This document shows positions 1 to 8,418 of a DNA stretch of 32,000 nt, piece after piece. Numbering within the stretch: position 1 is the first letter of the stretch; each line of letters opens with the position of its first letter. The position numbers and the translations under genes were made by a program. The stretch comes from Candidatus Saccharimonadota bacterium (GTDB taxonomy: Bacteria; Patescibacteriota; Saccharimonadia; Saccharimonadales; Saccharimonadaceae): assembly GCA_039920285.1 (NCBI GenBank), contig JBDSDX010000001.1, positions 30,001 through 62,000 of the forward strand. Reading direction: 5' to 3'. The notes beneath the pieces are model-generated. The model was not told the origin of the DNA. It made no database searches and was given only the letters and a program-made list of their open reading frames with translations.

Positions 1-146
1 CGGTGACGAGCGTACTGGACAGGATATTTAAATCGGCGACCCCCAGCCAAGATGCTCTCGCGGTGTTCGGCGATAGTTTCGGTGGTAATACGTGCCGACT
101 CATCGACGGTCGATTTACGACGAACTTTATTCAGTAACTTCTTCAT
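1..146 (-). CDS. hypothetical protein, N-terminal part only (gene runs off the left edge)
   Basis: Absent from the ORF track because it is truncated. Minus-strand ATG at 146..144 is preceded by AAGGAG. It reads MKKLLNKVRRKSTVDESARITTETIAEHRESILAGGRRFKYPVQYARH and stays open to position 1. It overlaps the end of the upstream gene by 20 nt in a different frame. Confidence 0.4.
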   Translation of the reverse strand, partial: MKKLLNKVRRKSTVDESARITTETIAEHRESILAGGRRFKYPVQYARH

Positions 147-660
147 GATCTCCTTGGCTCTCAATAGCGCTGCTGACAGCGTCTTGTAGCTTGTTGTAAG
201 TCTTCTCGGGGTGCTCAACGTAGCGAATGACTAAGTCCCCTACGAACGTCTGGATAACGATGGTTCCAAAACCAAAAATCTCTCCAGAGAATCCTGGTAT
301 ATTATAGCTTATGTTCTGGATCTTTGACAGTCGCAACTCCACGACATCTTTACCAAATACCCCCCTTTGAGTCACTTGTCGGATGCGTTGATTGGTCACC
401 AAATATATCGTGAAATACCACATCATCAGATGGTAGAAGAACAAAATGAGGCCAAGGATAAACCCACCGAGTGGTAAGAAAAAGAGTTCAAGATTTGATT
501 GCCAAATAAGCGGCGGAATCGCTGTGATGACTAAGGGAATAAGAAGCAGGTAAAAACCTTTGCGCATGGCGATGATATGACGACGAAAGACGAACAATAC
601 TTCTTCGCCAGGTCGTTGTCCTTCAAAGTCTAACTGTGCCGATTCCTTATCTTTTGCCAT
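127..660 (-). CDS. membrane protein with bacterial PH-like (YdbS/bPH_2-like) architecture
   Basis: 177-aa ORF. It has two hydrophobic helices (LLLIPLVITAIPPLIW, LGGFILGLILFFYHLMMWYF) followed by a soluble beta-rich domain (TNQRIRQVTQRGVFGKDVVELRLSKIQNISY), which matches the bPH_2 layout. Family assignment is from memory of that architecture. Confidence 0.55.
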   Translation of the reverse strand: MAKDKESAQLDFEGQRPGEEVLFVFRRHIIAMRKGFYLLLIPLVITAIPPLIWQSNLELFFLPLGGFILGLILFFYHLMMWYFTIYLVTNQRIRQVTQRGVFGKDVVELRLSKIQNISYNIPGFSGEIFGFGTIVIQTFVGDLVIRYVEHPEKTYNKLQDAVSSAIESQGDHEEVTE

Positions 661-663
661 GAT

Positions 664-1218
664 CTACTCGTTGTTATCGTCGAGGTTTACTTTGATCGTC
701 ACATTCGATGGACCAGCGTTCTGGTCGATTGCAAGTGCTGCATCAGTTGACTGGTTCATTAAAAGCGCATTTCGGAATGCATCGTCGCGTAATTTGCTCG
801 TCACCGAGAGGCGGACGTACTCATTATTTGATGACTTAAAATGTTGCTGTCCCCCATTGTACGGCTCATCAAACAAGATATAGCCGGCGTTGCCAATTTT
901 TTTCTTAAGATCAGCGATAGTGTTCGAGACGGTATCACCGTGAACGAAGGTTTCTTCTGAAGCGTACGTGCGGCTTTTGTCCCAGTCATAGACGCGTTTA
1001 TCACCAAAAACATTGCTACTCTGTAGCACATAGCTATCCCCAAGTGGAATACTGCTGTAAATATTAAGGATGCGTTCTTGGCGCTGTGCGACAGTATGGC
1101 GATTGTATGAATTCACCACGACGAATCCGAAAGACGCGACCGCAAGTAGCACAATCCCGATGATCACTACCATGAATGGGATTTTGTGATGTTGACTTTG
1201 TTTTCGTTTCTTTGCCAT
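664..1218 (-). CDS. single-pass membrane-anchored hypothetical protein
   Basis: 184-aa ORF with ATG at 1218. Basic N-terminus, one TM helix (IPFMVVIIGIVLLAVASFGFVVV) and an extracytoplasmic domain with no family I recognise. It lies 3 nt upstream of the next gene. Confidence 0.6.
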   Translation of the reverse strand: MAKKRKQSQHHKIPFMVVIIGIVLLAVASFGFVVVNSYNRHTVAQRQERILNIYSSIPLGDSYVLQSSNVFGDKRVYDWDKSRTYASEETFVHGDTVSNTIADLKKKIGNAGYILFDEPYNGGQQHFKSSNNEYVRLSVTSKLRDDAFRNALLMNQSTDAALAIDQNAGPSNVTIKVNLDDNNE

Positions 1219-1264
1219 AACCTTTATTATATCCTACACCAAAACGCTCACTAAGGATACGTCC

Positions 1265-2593
1265 CTAGTTGGGCATCGTGTTGAGTGGATCCCATTCGGG
1301 GATCATGATAGCTGGTTTCTCAAGCGCTTTTTGTTGTGTTTCCGTGAGAAGTTCTTTGCGAATAACGACAACGTAGCCGTTCTTATCAAACCAATCGTTG
1401 CTCATCGTGTAATAACCTTTAAAACCGCGCTCGTCTCCCCAGCTGTTTTCAACTTTCCATTGGGCTGGCGTATCGTCGACGACATCAACACCGGTAATCG
1501 TCATGGCGTGCGTGACAGAGCTATCGCGGCTTTCGAGGCGTTCAGCTTTGGATAGCGAGAAGTCGATGCCGAAAGTGCCATTAAAATCATAGGTGTCGAG
1601 TGACATAAAGCCTTTTTTATTCGTGTCAGTACCGACGTCACAGCCAAACCAAACAGTTTCGCCCTTTTTAATTTGCGCGTACGTGAGATCTTTCAGCGAT
1701 TGCATGTCAAGATTGAGCCAACGAATATCTAGGCCATCGACGACGTTACCCCCATGCTGAAATTCATAGGTTTGCAGATACACTTTGCTTGGACTTGGGT
1801 CGTTTAAAATCACGACGTAGTCGTCGAATGATTTTTTGTAATATTTCTTTAAGAATTTAACTGGCGTGGTCGCAGTGTCACGGTGATATTTCTTATCTTT
1901 GTCTTTGTACACAAAATCGAATGATTGCGGTGGTGTTCCGATCGCAATTGTGAGGAGACGATAGACTCCTGCTAGCATTGTTTCCTTCGCTTTTTGAATC
2001 TCAGCGTCAGATTTTTTATCAGCAACCAGCTTTCGAAGTGCGAGGCCGCCCTTACGAAGATGAAGATCTAATACTGTATTAAGTTGATGCGACTCAGACG
2101 TCGTAATCGCCTCTGGCATGACGTTCGATGGCACGACACCATACTTTTCGATAACTGAGACAGCATATTCCCACCAGCCACCGTCACCTTGTGGCCATTC
2201 AAAAAATCGCGTCACCCAACGATCATCGACTGGCTTGTCGGCCGTCTCGATAATACGTTCAAAGAAGCTATTTGATTTCTCTAATTTGTCCCAGAAGTAC
2301 GAATAGCTCTGTGAGAGTTCGAGGTCGTCGAGTTTAAAATCTTTAACAATCTGATGACGAATTGTATTGAGTTCAGCGAAGAGCCAACAGCGACCACTTT
2401 GTTTTTGGTCGGTTACGCTCCCCGTTTCAATCTCATCAGAGAAAATTGTTGTGTTGGTCGCACTCAGAATGTTGCTTTCAGAGGCGGCGTATATACCATT
2501 TTTCGTGACAGCACGTTGCATGACCGTTAGTTGCGAATCATGGGACTGTGCAGCGAATGATTTGAGGAGTGTGGGAGTTATTGCTTTAGACAT
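1265..2593 (-). CDS. pepC: aminopeptidase C / bleomycin-hydrolase-type C1 cysteine peptidase
   Basis: 442 aa. Catalytic Cys motif QKQSGRCWLFA, His in VTHAMTITGV and the NSWG motif near the C-terminus. Length is typical of PepC. Confidence 0.85.
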   Translation of the reverse strand: MSKAITPTLLKSFAAQSHDSQLTVMQRAVTKNGIYAASESNILSATNTTIFSDEIETGSVTDQKQSGRCWLFAELNTIRHQIVKDFKLDDLELSQSYSYFWDKLEKSNSFFERIIETADKPVDDRWVTRFFEWPQGDGGWWEYAVSVIEKYGVVPSNVMPEAITTSESHQLNTVLDLHLRKGGLALRKLVADKKSDAEIQKAKETMLAGVYRLLTIAIGTPPQSFDFVYKDKDKKYHRDTATTPVKFLKKYYKKSFDDYVVILNDPSPSKVYLQTYEFQHGGNVVDGLDIRWLNLDMQSLKDLTYAQIKKGETVWFGCDVGTDTNKKGFMSLDTYDFNGTFGIDFSLSKAERLESRDSSVTHAMTITGVDVVDDTPAQWKVENSWGDERGFKGYYTMSNDWFDKNGYVVVIRKELLTETQQKALEKPAIMIPEWDPLNTMPN

Positions 2594-2611
2594 AGTCTTA
2601 TTCTAGCAAGA

Positions 2612-4018
2612 TTAGTCGTCTAATTCTGTGCCGCGCGCAATTTTTGCAGCGTAACCCACATTAGTTGCAGGAGTTTGCGCCCGTAAGCGTTCTACTTCTT
2701 CACCCGGAAGTTCAGCCGCGATTGCATCAACGACTTCAAGATAAACATCTTTCGTAAACTTCTTTCCACGAGAAATTTCTTTCATCTTGTCATAGCCACC
2801 AACCGCATTGTAGCGACGCATGACTTGTTGGATATTCTCAGTCAGAACCTCCCAGTGTTGATCGAGGTCAGCACTAATAACTGGTTCGTTTACATCAACT
2901 TTTGCGAGCCCTCGCTTCAAGGATGTAATACCGATGAGAGCATGTCCAATCGCTGGGTACATTGCACGACGAGAAGATGAATCACTCAGGTCTCGCTGCA
3001 GACGCGATTGCGTGAGCTTACGAGCAAGTCCATCAGCACCGTTATAGAACGTTTCAAAGTTAGACTCAGCTTTTTCAAACATGATTGGATTAATCTTTTG
3101 TGGCATAGTAGATGATCCCACTTCACCCTCTACTGGAATCTGTTTAATATAATCTTGAGAAATATACAGCCACATATCCTTTGTGAGATCAGTCATCGGG
3201 TACAGTGCACCGCTCAGACCATGCAGATACCGCGCCATCCAGTCATGCGGTTCAACTTGAGTCGTCGCACGATTAAATTCAAGTCCAAGAGATTCAACGA
3301 ATTCCTTCGAAAGTTGCGCCCAGTTTACATCGGGGTATACATATGCCAACGCATTGTAGCCGCCAGTAGCACCATTGAGTTTTCCTTTCGCAGCAACCGC
3401 CGCAAAATGCTCCGTTGCTTCTTCAATACGATCCTTGAATACAACAATCTCTTTACCGAGGGTTGTTGGCGTTGCGGGTTGTCCATGAGTACGACCGAGC
3501 ATAGGAATATCGGCCCATGCGAGCGCTTTTTCTCCAAGATCATTCACCACTCCGCCAATTGCTGGCAATAAGACCTGCTCACGAGCATCACCCAGACCAA
3601 TGCCTTCGGCAAGGTTATTTACATCTTCTGACGTGAGTCCGAAATGGGTAAATTCGATATGATCACCGAATGAGCCGTTGTCGGCGAATCGGTCCCGAAG
3701 CATCAATTCAACTGATTTTACATCGTGATTGACGACTGCTTCATGCGTTTTAATGTCTCCCATTTCGGCGGCACCAAATGCCTCACCTGTTGAAAGTTTT
3801 TCGAGAAGCTCACGTGCTTGATCGGGCAAGATAGGAATTTCAGGAAGTTTTACTGATAAAAAAAGCATCCACGCTGCTTCAACACGGGTGCGATTTTTCA
3901 TGAGTCCAAATTCACTCAAATGAGGGCGGAGTGCAGTGACCATACTTGCGTCTCGTCCATCAACAGTACTTAATGCACCATACTCACTTTTACCAAACAA
4001 TTCAGACTCAGCAGCCAT
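2612..4018 (-). CDS. purB: adenylosuccinate lyase
   Basis: 468 aa. Fumarate-lyase superfamily signature GSSTMPQKINP. N-terminal YGALSTVDGRD...LSEFGL and overall length fit the long-form PurB. SD GAGGGGAG lies upstream of the ATG. Confidence 0.9.
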   Translation of the reverse strand: MAAESELFGKSEYGALSTVDGRDASMVTALRPHLSEFGLMKNRTRVEAAWMLFLSVKLPEIPILPDQARELLEKLSTGEAFGAAEMGDIKTHEAVVNHDVKSVELMLRDRFADNGSFGDHIEFTHFGLTSEDVNNLAEGIGLGDAREQVLLPAIGGVVNDLGEKALAWADIPMLGRTHGQPATPTTLGKEIVVFKDRIEEATEHFAAVAAKGKLNGATGGYNALAYVYPDVNWAQLSKEFVESLGLEFNRATTQVEPHDWMARYLHGLSGALYPMTDLTKDMWLYISQDYIKQIPVEGEVGSSTMPQKINPIMFEKAESNFETFYNGADGLARKLTQSRLQRDLSDSSSRRAMYPAIGHALIGITSLKRGLAKVDVNEPVISADLDQHWEVLTENIQQVMRRYNAVGGYDKMKEISRGKKFTKDVYLEVVDAIAAELPGEEVERLRAQTPATNVGYAAKIARGTELDD

Positions 4019-4087
4019 ACAACACTCCCCTCGGTTAATGAAATCTATTCTGATGTACAGAGAAAACGATTACAAGCATAAATACTT

Positions 4088-4164
4088 TGGTACCCCGGGC
4101 AGGAGTTGAACCTACAACCTTATCCTTAGGACGGATCTGCTCTATCCAGTTGAGCTACCGAGGC
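4088..4164 (-). tRNA. tRNA-Arg (anticodon CCU), CCA end encoded
   Basis: Reverse complement reads GCCTCGG-TA-GCTC-AACTGGATA-GAGC-A-GATCC-GT-CCT-AA-GGATA-AGGTT-GTAGG-TTCAACT-CCTGC-CCGGGGT-ACCA. The acceptor stem pairs with two G-U wobbles. The D arm (GCTC/GAGC) and T arm are canonical. The anticodon loop carries CCT. Confidence 0.85.
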
Positions 4165-4189
4165 GCTTCCCTATTATAGGGTAAGATGG

Positions 4190-4717
4190 CTACTTTTTTT
4201 CAGGGATACGGCCATGAACGACTTTTGCGTGTACATTTTCGTATTCAGAATGGATTTCATCTTTATCAAACCAGAGTGCAATCTCTTGAACTGCTTCTTC
4301 TGCATCACCTGAGGCGTGAAGAATATTCGGCAATGTGCGGCCAACAGGATTAGTGTAGGCACGGGTTACGTGCGTGTAATCGCCACGGATTGTACCTGCA
4401 GGAGAATCTTGAGGATCAGTCGTCCCGACCAGCTTGCGGACGTAAGAAACGACCTCAACACCTTCAAGGACAAAGACAATCACCGGTGTGGTCGTCATGT
4501 GACTCATCGTCACGCTGTAGATGTCTTCACCCCAACGACTAATGAGTTTTCCAATACCTTCGTAGTGGTCGTGAAAACGCTGTTCGCTTGGTTTTACCAT
4601 TTTCATGGCAACAATCTTAAGACCAGCTCGTTCAAAGCGGGATAAAATTTCACCAACTAGTCCACGCTGAATCGTATCGGGTTTCAAAATAATAAGTGTT
4701 TGTTCAATTTCTGCCAT
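4190..4717 (-). CDS. ndk: nucleoside-diphosphate kinase (long, divergent form)
   Basis: 175 aa. N-terminus EQTLIILKPDTIQRGLVGEILSRFERAGLKIVAMKM is the classic NDK start. TIRGDY and the active-site His region NILHASGD are present. SD AAGAGGAG is upstream. Confidence 0.8.
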   Translation of the reverse strand: MAEIEQTLIILKPDTIQRGLVGEILSRFERAGLKIVAMKMVKPSEQRFHDHYEGIGKLISRWGEDIYSVTMSHMTTTPVIVFVLEGVEVVSYVRKLVGTTDPQDSPAGTIRGDYTHVTRAYTNPVGRTLPNILHASGDAEEAVQEIALWFDKDEIHSEYENVHAKVVHGRIPEKK

Positions 4718-4738
4718 AATTCTCCTCTTTCGTTCTGC

Positions 4739-5527
4739 CTATTGTAGCAAAAGTACGATGATCAATACTACTGCCAGAGCGATTCGATACCAACCGAATG
4801 CGGCCAATGAGTGTTTTTGTAGGTATCGCATCAAGAAACCGACAGCGAAGAGTCCGCTCATAAAGGCGACTGCGTTTGAAAATGCGAGCGTCGGAAGATG
4901 TGCGAGAAGATACGCATGATCGCTCGCGAGAACTTTGAGTGTGACACCAATCATAAGTGGTAACGAAACCAAGAAACTATATTCGGCCGCTTCGGCAGGC
5001 TTCAAACCACTAAAACGTCCAGCGAGAATCGTCGCACCTGAACGTGAGACTCCAGGGATTAAAGCTAACATCTGGACCAGACCAATAATAAAGGCGCGCC
5101 AACCACTCAGATGTTCGCCGTCTTTCACTTCTTTTGCGTGTGGCAGTTTCTCTGCAACAACCATCACAATACCAACGATCAGTAGAGCGACCGCAACAAC
5201 CGAAACGCTCGTAAAAAATGGCGTCCGCTCAATAAAGCCTGCAGAAACGTAGCCAATAACACCGGCTGGAATAGCAGTAATAAGAATGTTACGTGCTAAA
5301 CGATATTTTTTATCAACAAAAATATCTTTAAAAATATTGGCAATCTTTGCACGAAAGAAAACCAATAGTGCAGCGAGCGTACCGACATTAATAAACTCTA
5401 AAAAGAGATGGTCAGATGCGCCTGACAAGAGTGTTTGAACGATCACCAAGTGCCCCGAACTACTAATCGGAATAAATTCAGTCAGACCTTGGACGAGTCC
5501 TAATATCAGTGCGTCGAGCCATTGCAT
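4739..5527 (-). CDS. uppP: undecaprenyl-diphosphate phosphatase
   Basis: 262 aa polytopic membrane protein. It has the BacA/UppP motifs GLTEFIPISSSGHL and PGVSRSGATI. Confidence 0.9.
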   Translation of the reverse strand: MQWLDALILGLVQGLTEFIPISSSGHLVIVQTLLSGASDHLFLEFINVGTLAALLVFFRAKIANIFKDIFVDKKYRLARNILITAIPAGVIGYVSAGFIERTPFFTSVSVVAVALLIVGIVMVVAEKLPHAKEVKDGEHLSGWRAFIIGLVQMLALIPGVSRSGATILAGRFSGLKPAEAAEYSFLVSLPLMIGVTLKVLASDHAYLLAHLPTLAFSNAVAFMSGLFAVGFLMRYLQKHSLAAFGWYRIALAVVLIIVLLLQ

Positions 5528-5573
5528 TGCTACTATTGTACCGTCCCGTCAGGTTTTAGGCTATGCTTAGGGT

Positions 5574-6491
5574 ATGTATATGTCCGAATTAATCCTGGAT
5601 TACATCGAACACCTTGAAGTTGAAGGTGGTCGGTCTGCGAAAACTGCCGAGAACTATCGTCTTTATCTTGAACGTTTTGTTGAATTTACTGAAGATATTA
5701 AAGTTGAAAACATCACCAGCGAAGTTATTCGTAAATATCGTTTGTGGCTCAATCGCTACAAAAACGACAGTGATGGCGAGCTCGCGACAATCACCCAATC
5801 CTATCATCTCATCGCACTTCGTGGCTTCCTTGGCTATTTATCACAACGAGATATTCCGACGCTCGCACCAAACAAGATTACCTTACCGAAAGTCTCTCGA
5901 AAACAAGTTACCTTCCTTCACTACGACGAAGTGCAGCGCCTCATTGGCGTTATTGATATAGCTAGCGAACCGGGTTTACGTGACCGCTCGATCATTGAAT
6001 TGTTATTCTCGAGTGGCCTCCGTGTCTCTGAATTAATCAATCTCAATCGAGATCACGTCAACACAAAACGACGCGAGTTTATGGTCCGCGGTAAAGGACA
6101 AAAGGACCGCCCAATCTTTATTAGCGAATCGGCCGCTAGCTGGGTTGACCGTTACCTCGACGCTCGTCAAGATACCTTGCCTCCCCTATTTTTGAGCTAC
6201 AGTAAAAATAATATCGCCAGTACCAGTGGTGATTATCGACGACTCACTGCCCGTAGCGTACAGCGCATGGTCTCACAATATGCACGCTTGGCTGGTATCA
6301 CAAAGCATGTTAGCCCACACACCATGCGTCACAGCTTTGCAACAGATTTACTTATGAATGGTGCCGACATTCGCAGTGTTCAAAGCATGCTTGGTCATAG
6401 CAATATTAGTACTACCCAAGTGTACACACACGTGACCGATGAGCACCTTAGAGAGGTCTACGAAAAGTTTCATAGCGAAGCTGACGATTAA
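5574..6491 (+). CDS. tyrosine site-specific recombinase, XerC/XerD family
   Basis: 305 aa. It has an N-terminal SAM-like core-binding domain (YIEHLEVEGGRSAKTAENYRLYLERF). Catalytic residues are readable as R in GLRVSEL, HTMRHSFAT and LGHSNISTTQVYTHV. The start may be the second ATG at 5580. Confidence 0.85.
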   Translation: MYMSELILDYIEHLEVEGGRSAKTAENYRLYLERFVEFTEDIKVENITSEVIRKYRLWLNRYKNDSDGELATITQSYHLIALRGFLGYLSQRDIPTLAPNKITLPKVSRKQVTFLHYDEVQRLIGVIDIASEPGLRDRSIIELLFSSGLRVSELINLNRDHVNTKRREFMVRGKGQKDRPIFISESAASWVDRYLDARQDTLPPLFLSYSKNNIASTSGDYRRLTARSVQRMVSQYARLAGITKHVSPHTMRHSFATDLLMNGADIRSVQSMLGHSNISTTQVYTHVTDEHLREVYEKFHSEADD

Positions 6492-7700
6492 TTAGGGCGT
6501 GCACGGAACGGGATTATATGTTGGATAGTCGGCTGCTACGTCAGTCAACGAGAAGTCTTTACACAAGTTACCAGTAGTATCAATTTCAGCATCTGGGTAT
6601 GGGAACGTCGTGTCGATCAATTCGACGCGAGTCTTCACACGGCGAAATAAGTCGTTCGCACGACCTGTTGAATCAATCTCTGGTTGGACACCGTGGAATG
6701 GCACTGGAACCGTACTCGATGCACCGTTCGTCATAGTGACACGAAAGTGAGTTGCACTATAAAATGGCGTCAAGCGGAGATATGCAGTTCGGTCGCCACC
6801 CGTCACAGGGTTTGGTAGTGTCAGCTTGGCACTACATGCGAAACCACCAGCAGCCAAAGTGTCTTCACAATGAATTGGCAATGGTGCATCAGCAGCAACC
6901 TTAGCGGTTTGACGTTTGTCATACGTGGTAAATGAACGGCTCAACGCGGTCACATTCGATGTTGGATATAAGAACAAAGTGTTTGCATTACTTAGCACAT
7001 CGCCACCTGAGTTAACATTGCTGTTAAATTGATCGAGTGTAAACGATGAACCAAATTGCATAAACTGCGCACGCATAACTGCAGGACGACCCGATGGCCA
7101 AGTAGTCGTCTTATATAATGACTGGCCAGTACTCACACCCTCGAGACTCACTGTTTTCGTGGTATTAGTTGTACTGATGTCATCGAGACTATACCATTCG
7201 ACGGTCACCGTATCAAAAGTTGCGCCACCGGCATACAACGGCACGATACGCGATTGGTAGGCACTCAATGTTCCGAGATAGTCAGGTGTATCAAGTGCAA
7301 TTTTTACACACGTATAGGCTTGGTCTAATTTAGCGTCGGTCGTGCCGTTACTTGTTTGCTGAATCGACACTTCTCCCGCAGGGTCGGTCACGACATTACC
7401 TAGGCGGAGCGCGTCGTTACAGGCAGCGGCATTGATTTGGGCAGCCAATGCTGTACAGGCGCCAGCTCCAGTGGCACAAACATTTTGATAATTCAAAAGT
7501 GCACGCTTGGCATCCTCGACACCAGCTTGAGACGAGTCGTAAGCACTCTGCGAAAGGTCAGCATTGCTGGCCTGGGTCTGATCTTTAATCATAAGACGCA
7601 GGAAACTAACGGTAACAATTGTAATGAGAAGTGTTGCGAACAAAACGACGAACAATGAGACGGCTCCGGACTGACGATTGGTTGCGCTTATGCTTTTCAT
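6492..7700 (-). CDS. PilX-like pilus-associated protein (last gene of the pilus locus)
   Basis: 402 aa. N-terminus RQSGAVSLFVVLFATLLITIVTVSFLRLM...SQSAYDSSQAGVEDAKRAL resembles the PilX N-terminal domain, with a hydrophobic helix but no Glu5. The C-terminal IDSTGRANDLFRRVKTRVEL matches the PilX-type STGR..R motif. It has 8 Cys and sits directly after three minor pilins. Confidence 0.55.
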   Translation of the reverse strand: MKSISATNRQSGAVSLFVVLFATLLITIVTVSFLRLMIKDQTQASNADLSQSAYDSSQAGVEDAKRALLNYQNVCATGAGACTALAAQINAAACNDALRLGNVVTDPAGEVSIQQTSNGTTDAKLDQAYTCVKIALDTPDYLGTLSAYQSRIVPLYAGGATFDTVTVEWYSLDDISTTNTTKTVSLEGVSTGQSLYKTTTWPSGRPAVMRAQFMQFGSSFTLDQFNSNVNSGGDVLSNANTLFLYPTSNVTALSRSFTTYDKRQTAKVAADAPLPIHCEDTLAAGGFACSAKLTLPNPVTGGDRTAYLRLTPFYSATHFRVTMTNGASSTVPVPFHGVQPEIDSTGRANDLFRRVKTRVELIDTTFPYPDAEIDTTGNLCKDFSLTDVAADYPTYNPVPCTP

Positions 7701-7704
7701 AGTA

Positions 7705-8418
7705 CTAGTTAACCCTATTCCCTGCCCTTAGGACAAGAGTAAATTGTTGAATTGAACAATATGCCAGATCAGCTTGGAGATCTCCAGGAGGACGACACGC
7801 GGTTTGTGTGGCGTTCAATGCAGTCAAATCGTTCGTCCCAATTGTGTACGTGACGCTGTAGAGACGTTGGCCCGTACTCGCATCGTAGGCATTCGCTCCT
7901 GACGATACATCAAATTGGTGAATCGTGAGATTGCGATCACCTACTTTCAATAGTTCATATGGTGCGTCGGCGACTGCGATCGTTTTATAAGCATTCGGAT
8001 TGAGACAATAATTTCCACCACTATCATTAACCCGAACAAAGTGAACGACAGTGCCGTCAGCTAATTTTGCGAGAGTCGCCCCATTCGCGACAATATCTTT
8101 TCCATAATTCCAAATGTATGAATACTGACCCATACACAGTTGGCCCCCCGTTGCTCGACCACCATTAGCACTCGTGACGTAGCGCTGGTCTGTTGCGACC
8201 AATGAGAATGATTCGCTCGAAGTAAAGTCACGGCTAAATTCAGTGCTAAGTGTTCGGCCAGCTTCATTTACCTCTTTGAGTGTCGTGCCACGGTTGTAGA
8301 TGTTTCCAATTTGAATAATCGTCATCGCGATCGCGAGCAATAGCACCGCGATAAATGACATCGCTAGCACGAGTTCAATGAGAGTAAATCCCTCTTGTTT
8401 ATTAGCCTTGTGGTTCAT
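7705..8418 (-). CDS. minor (pseudo)pilin with prepilin-type N-terminal cleavage/methylation motif
   Basis: 237 aa. MNHKANKQEG|FTLIELVLAMSFIAVLLLAI has a class III signal with Gly-1, Phe+1 and Glu+5. Confidence 0.8.
   Translation of the reverse strand: MNHKANKQEGFTLIELVLAMSFIAVLLLAIAMTIIQIGNIYNRGTTLKEVNEAGRTLSTEFSRDFTSSESFSLVATDQRYVTSANGGRATGGQLCMGQYSYIWNYGKDIVANGATLAKLADGTVVHFVRVNDSGGNYCLNPNAYKTIAVADAPYELLKVGDRNLTIHQFDVSSGANAYDASTGQRLYSVTYTIGTNDLTALNATQTACRPPGDLQADLAYCSIQQFTLVLRAGNRVN

Noticed and set aside
2612-4018. Solitary purB with no neighbouring purine-biosynthesis genes.
   Set aside because: This is expected for reduced genomes that keep only the purA/purB salvage step (IMP to AMP). 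It cannot be evaluated without the whole genome and is not unusual by itself.
4088-6491. A tyrosine recombinase close to a tRNA and abutting the pilus cluster could mark an integrated genomic island carrying the pilus genes.
   Set aside because: The recombinase has XerC/D-type length and motifs rather than phage-integrase features. Housekeeping genes (ndk, uppP) separate it from the tRNA. I found no direct repeat of the tRNA 3' end, and composition looks uniform by eye.
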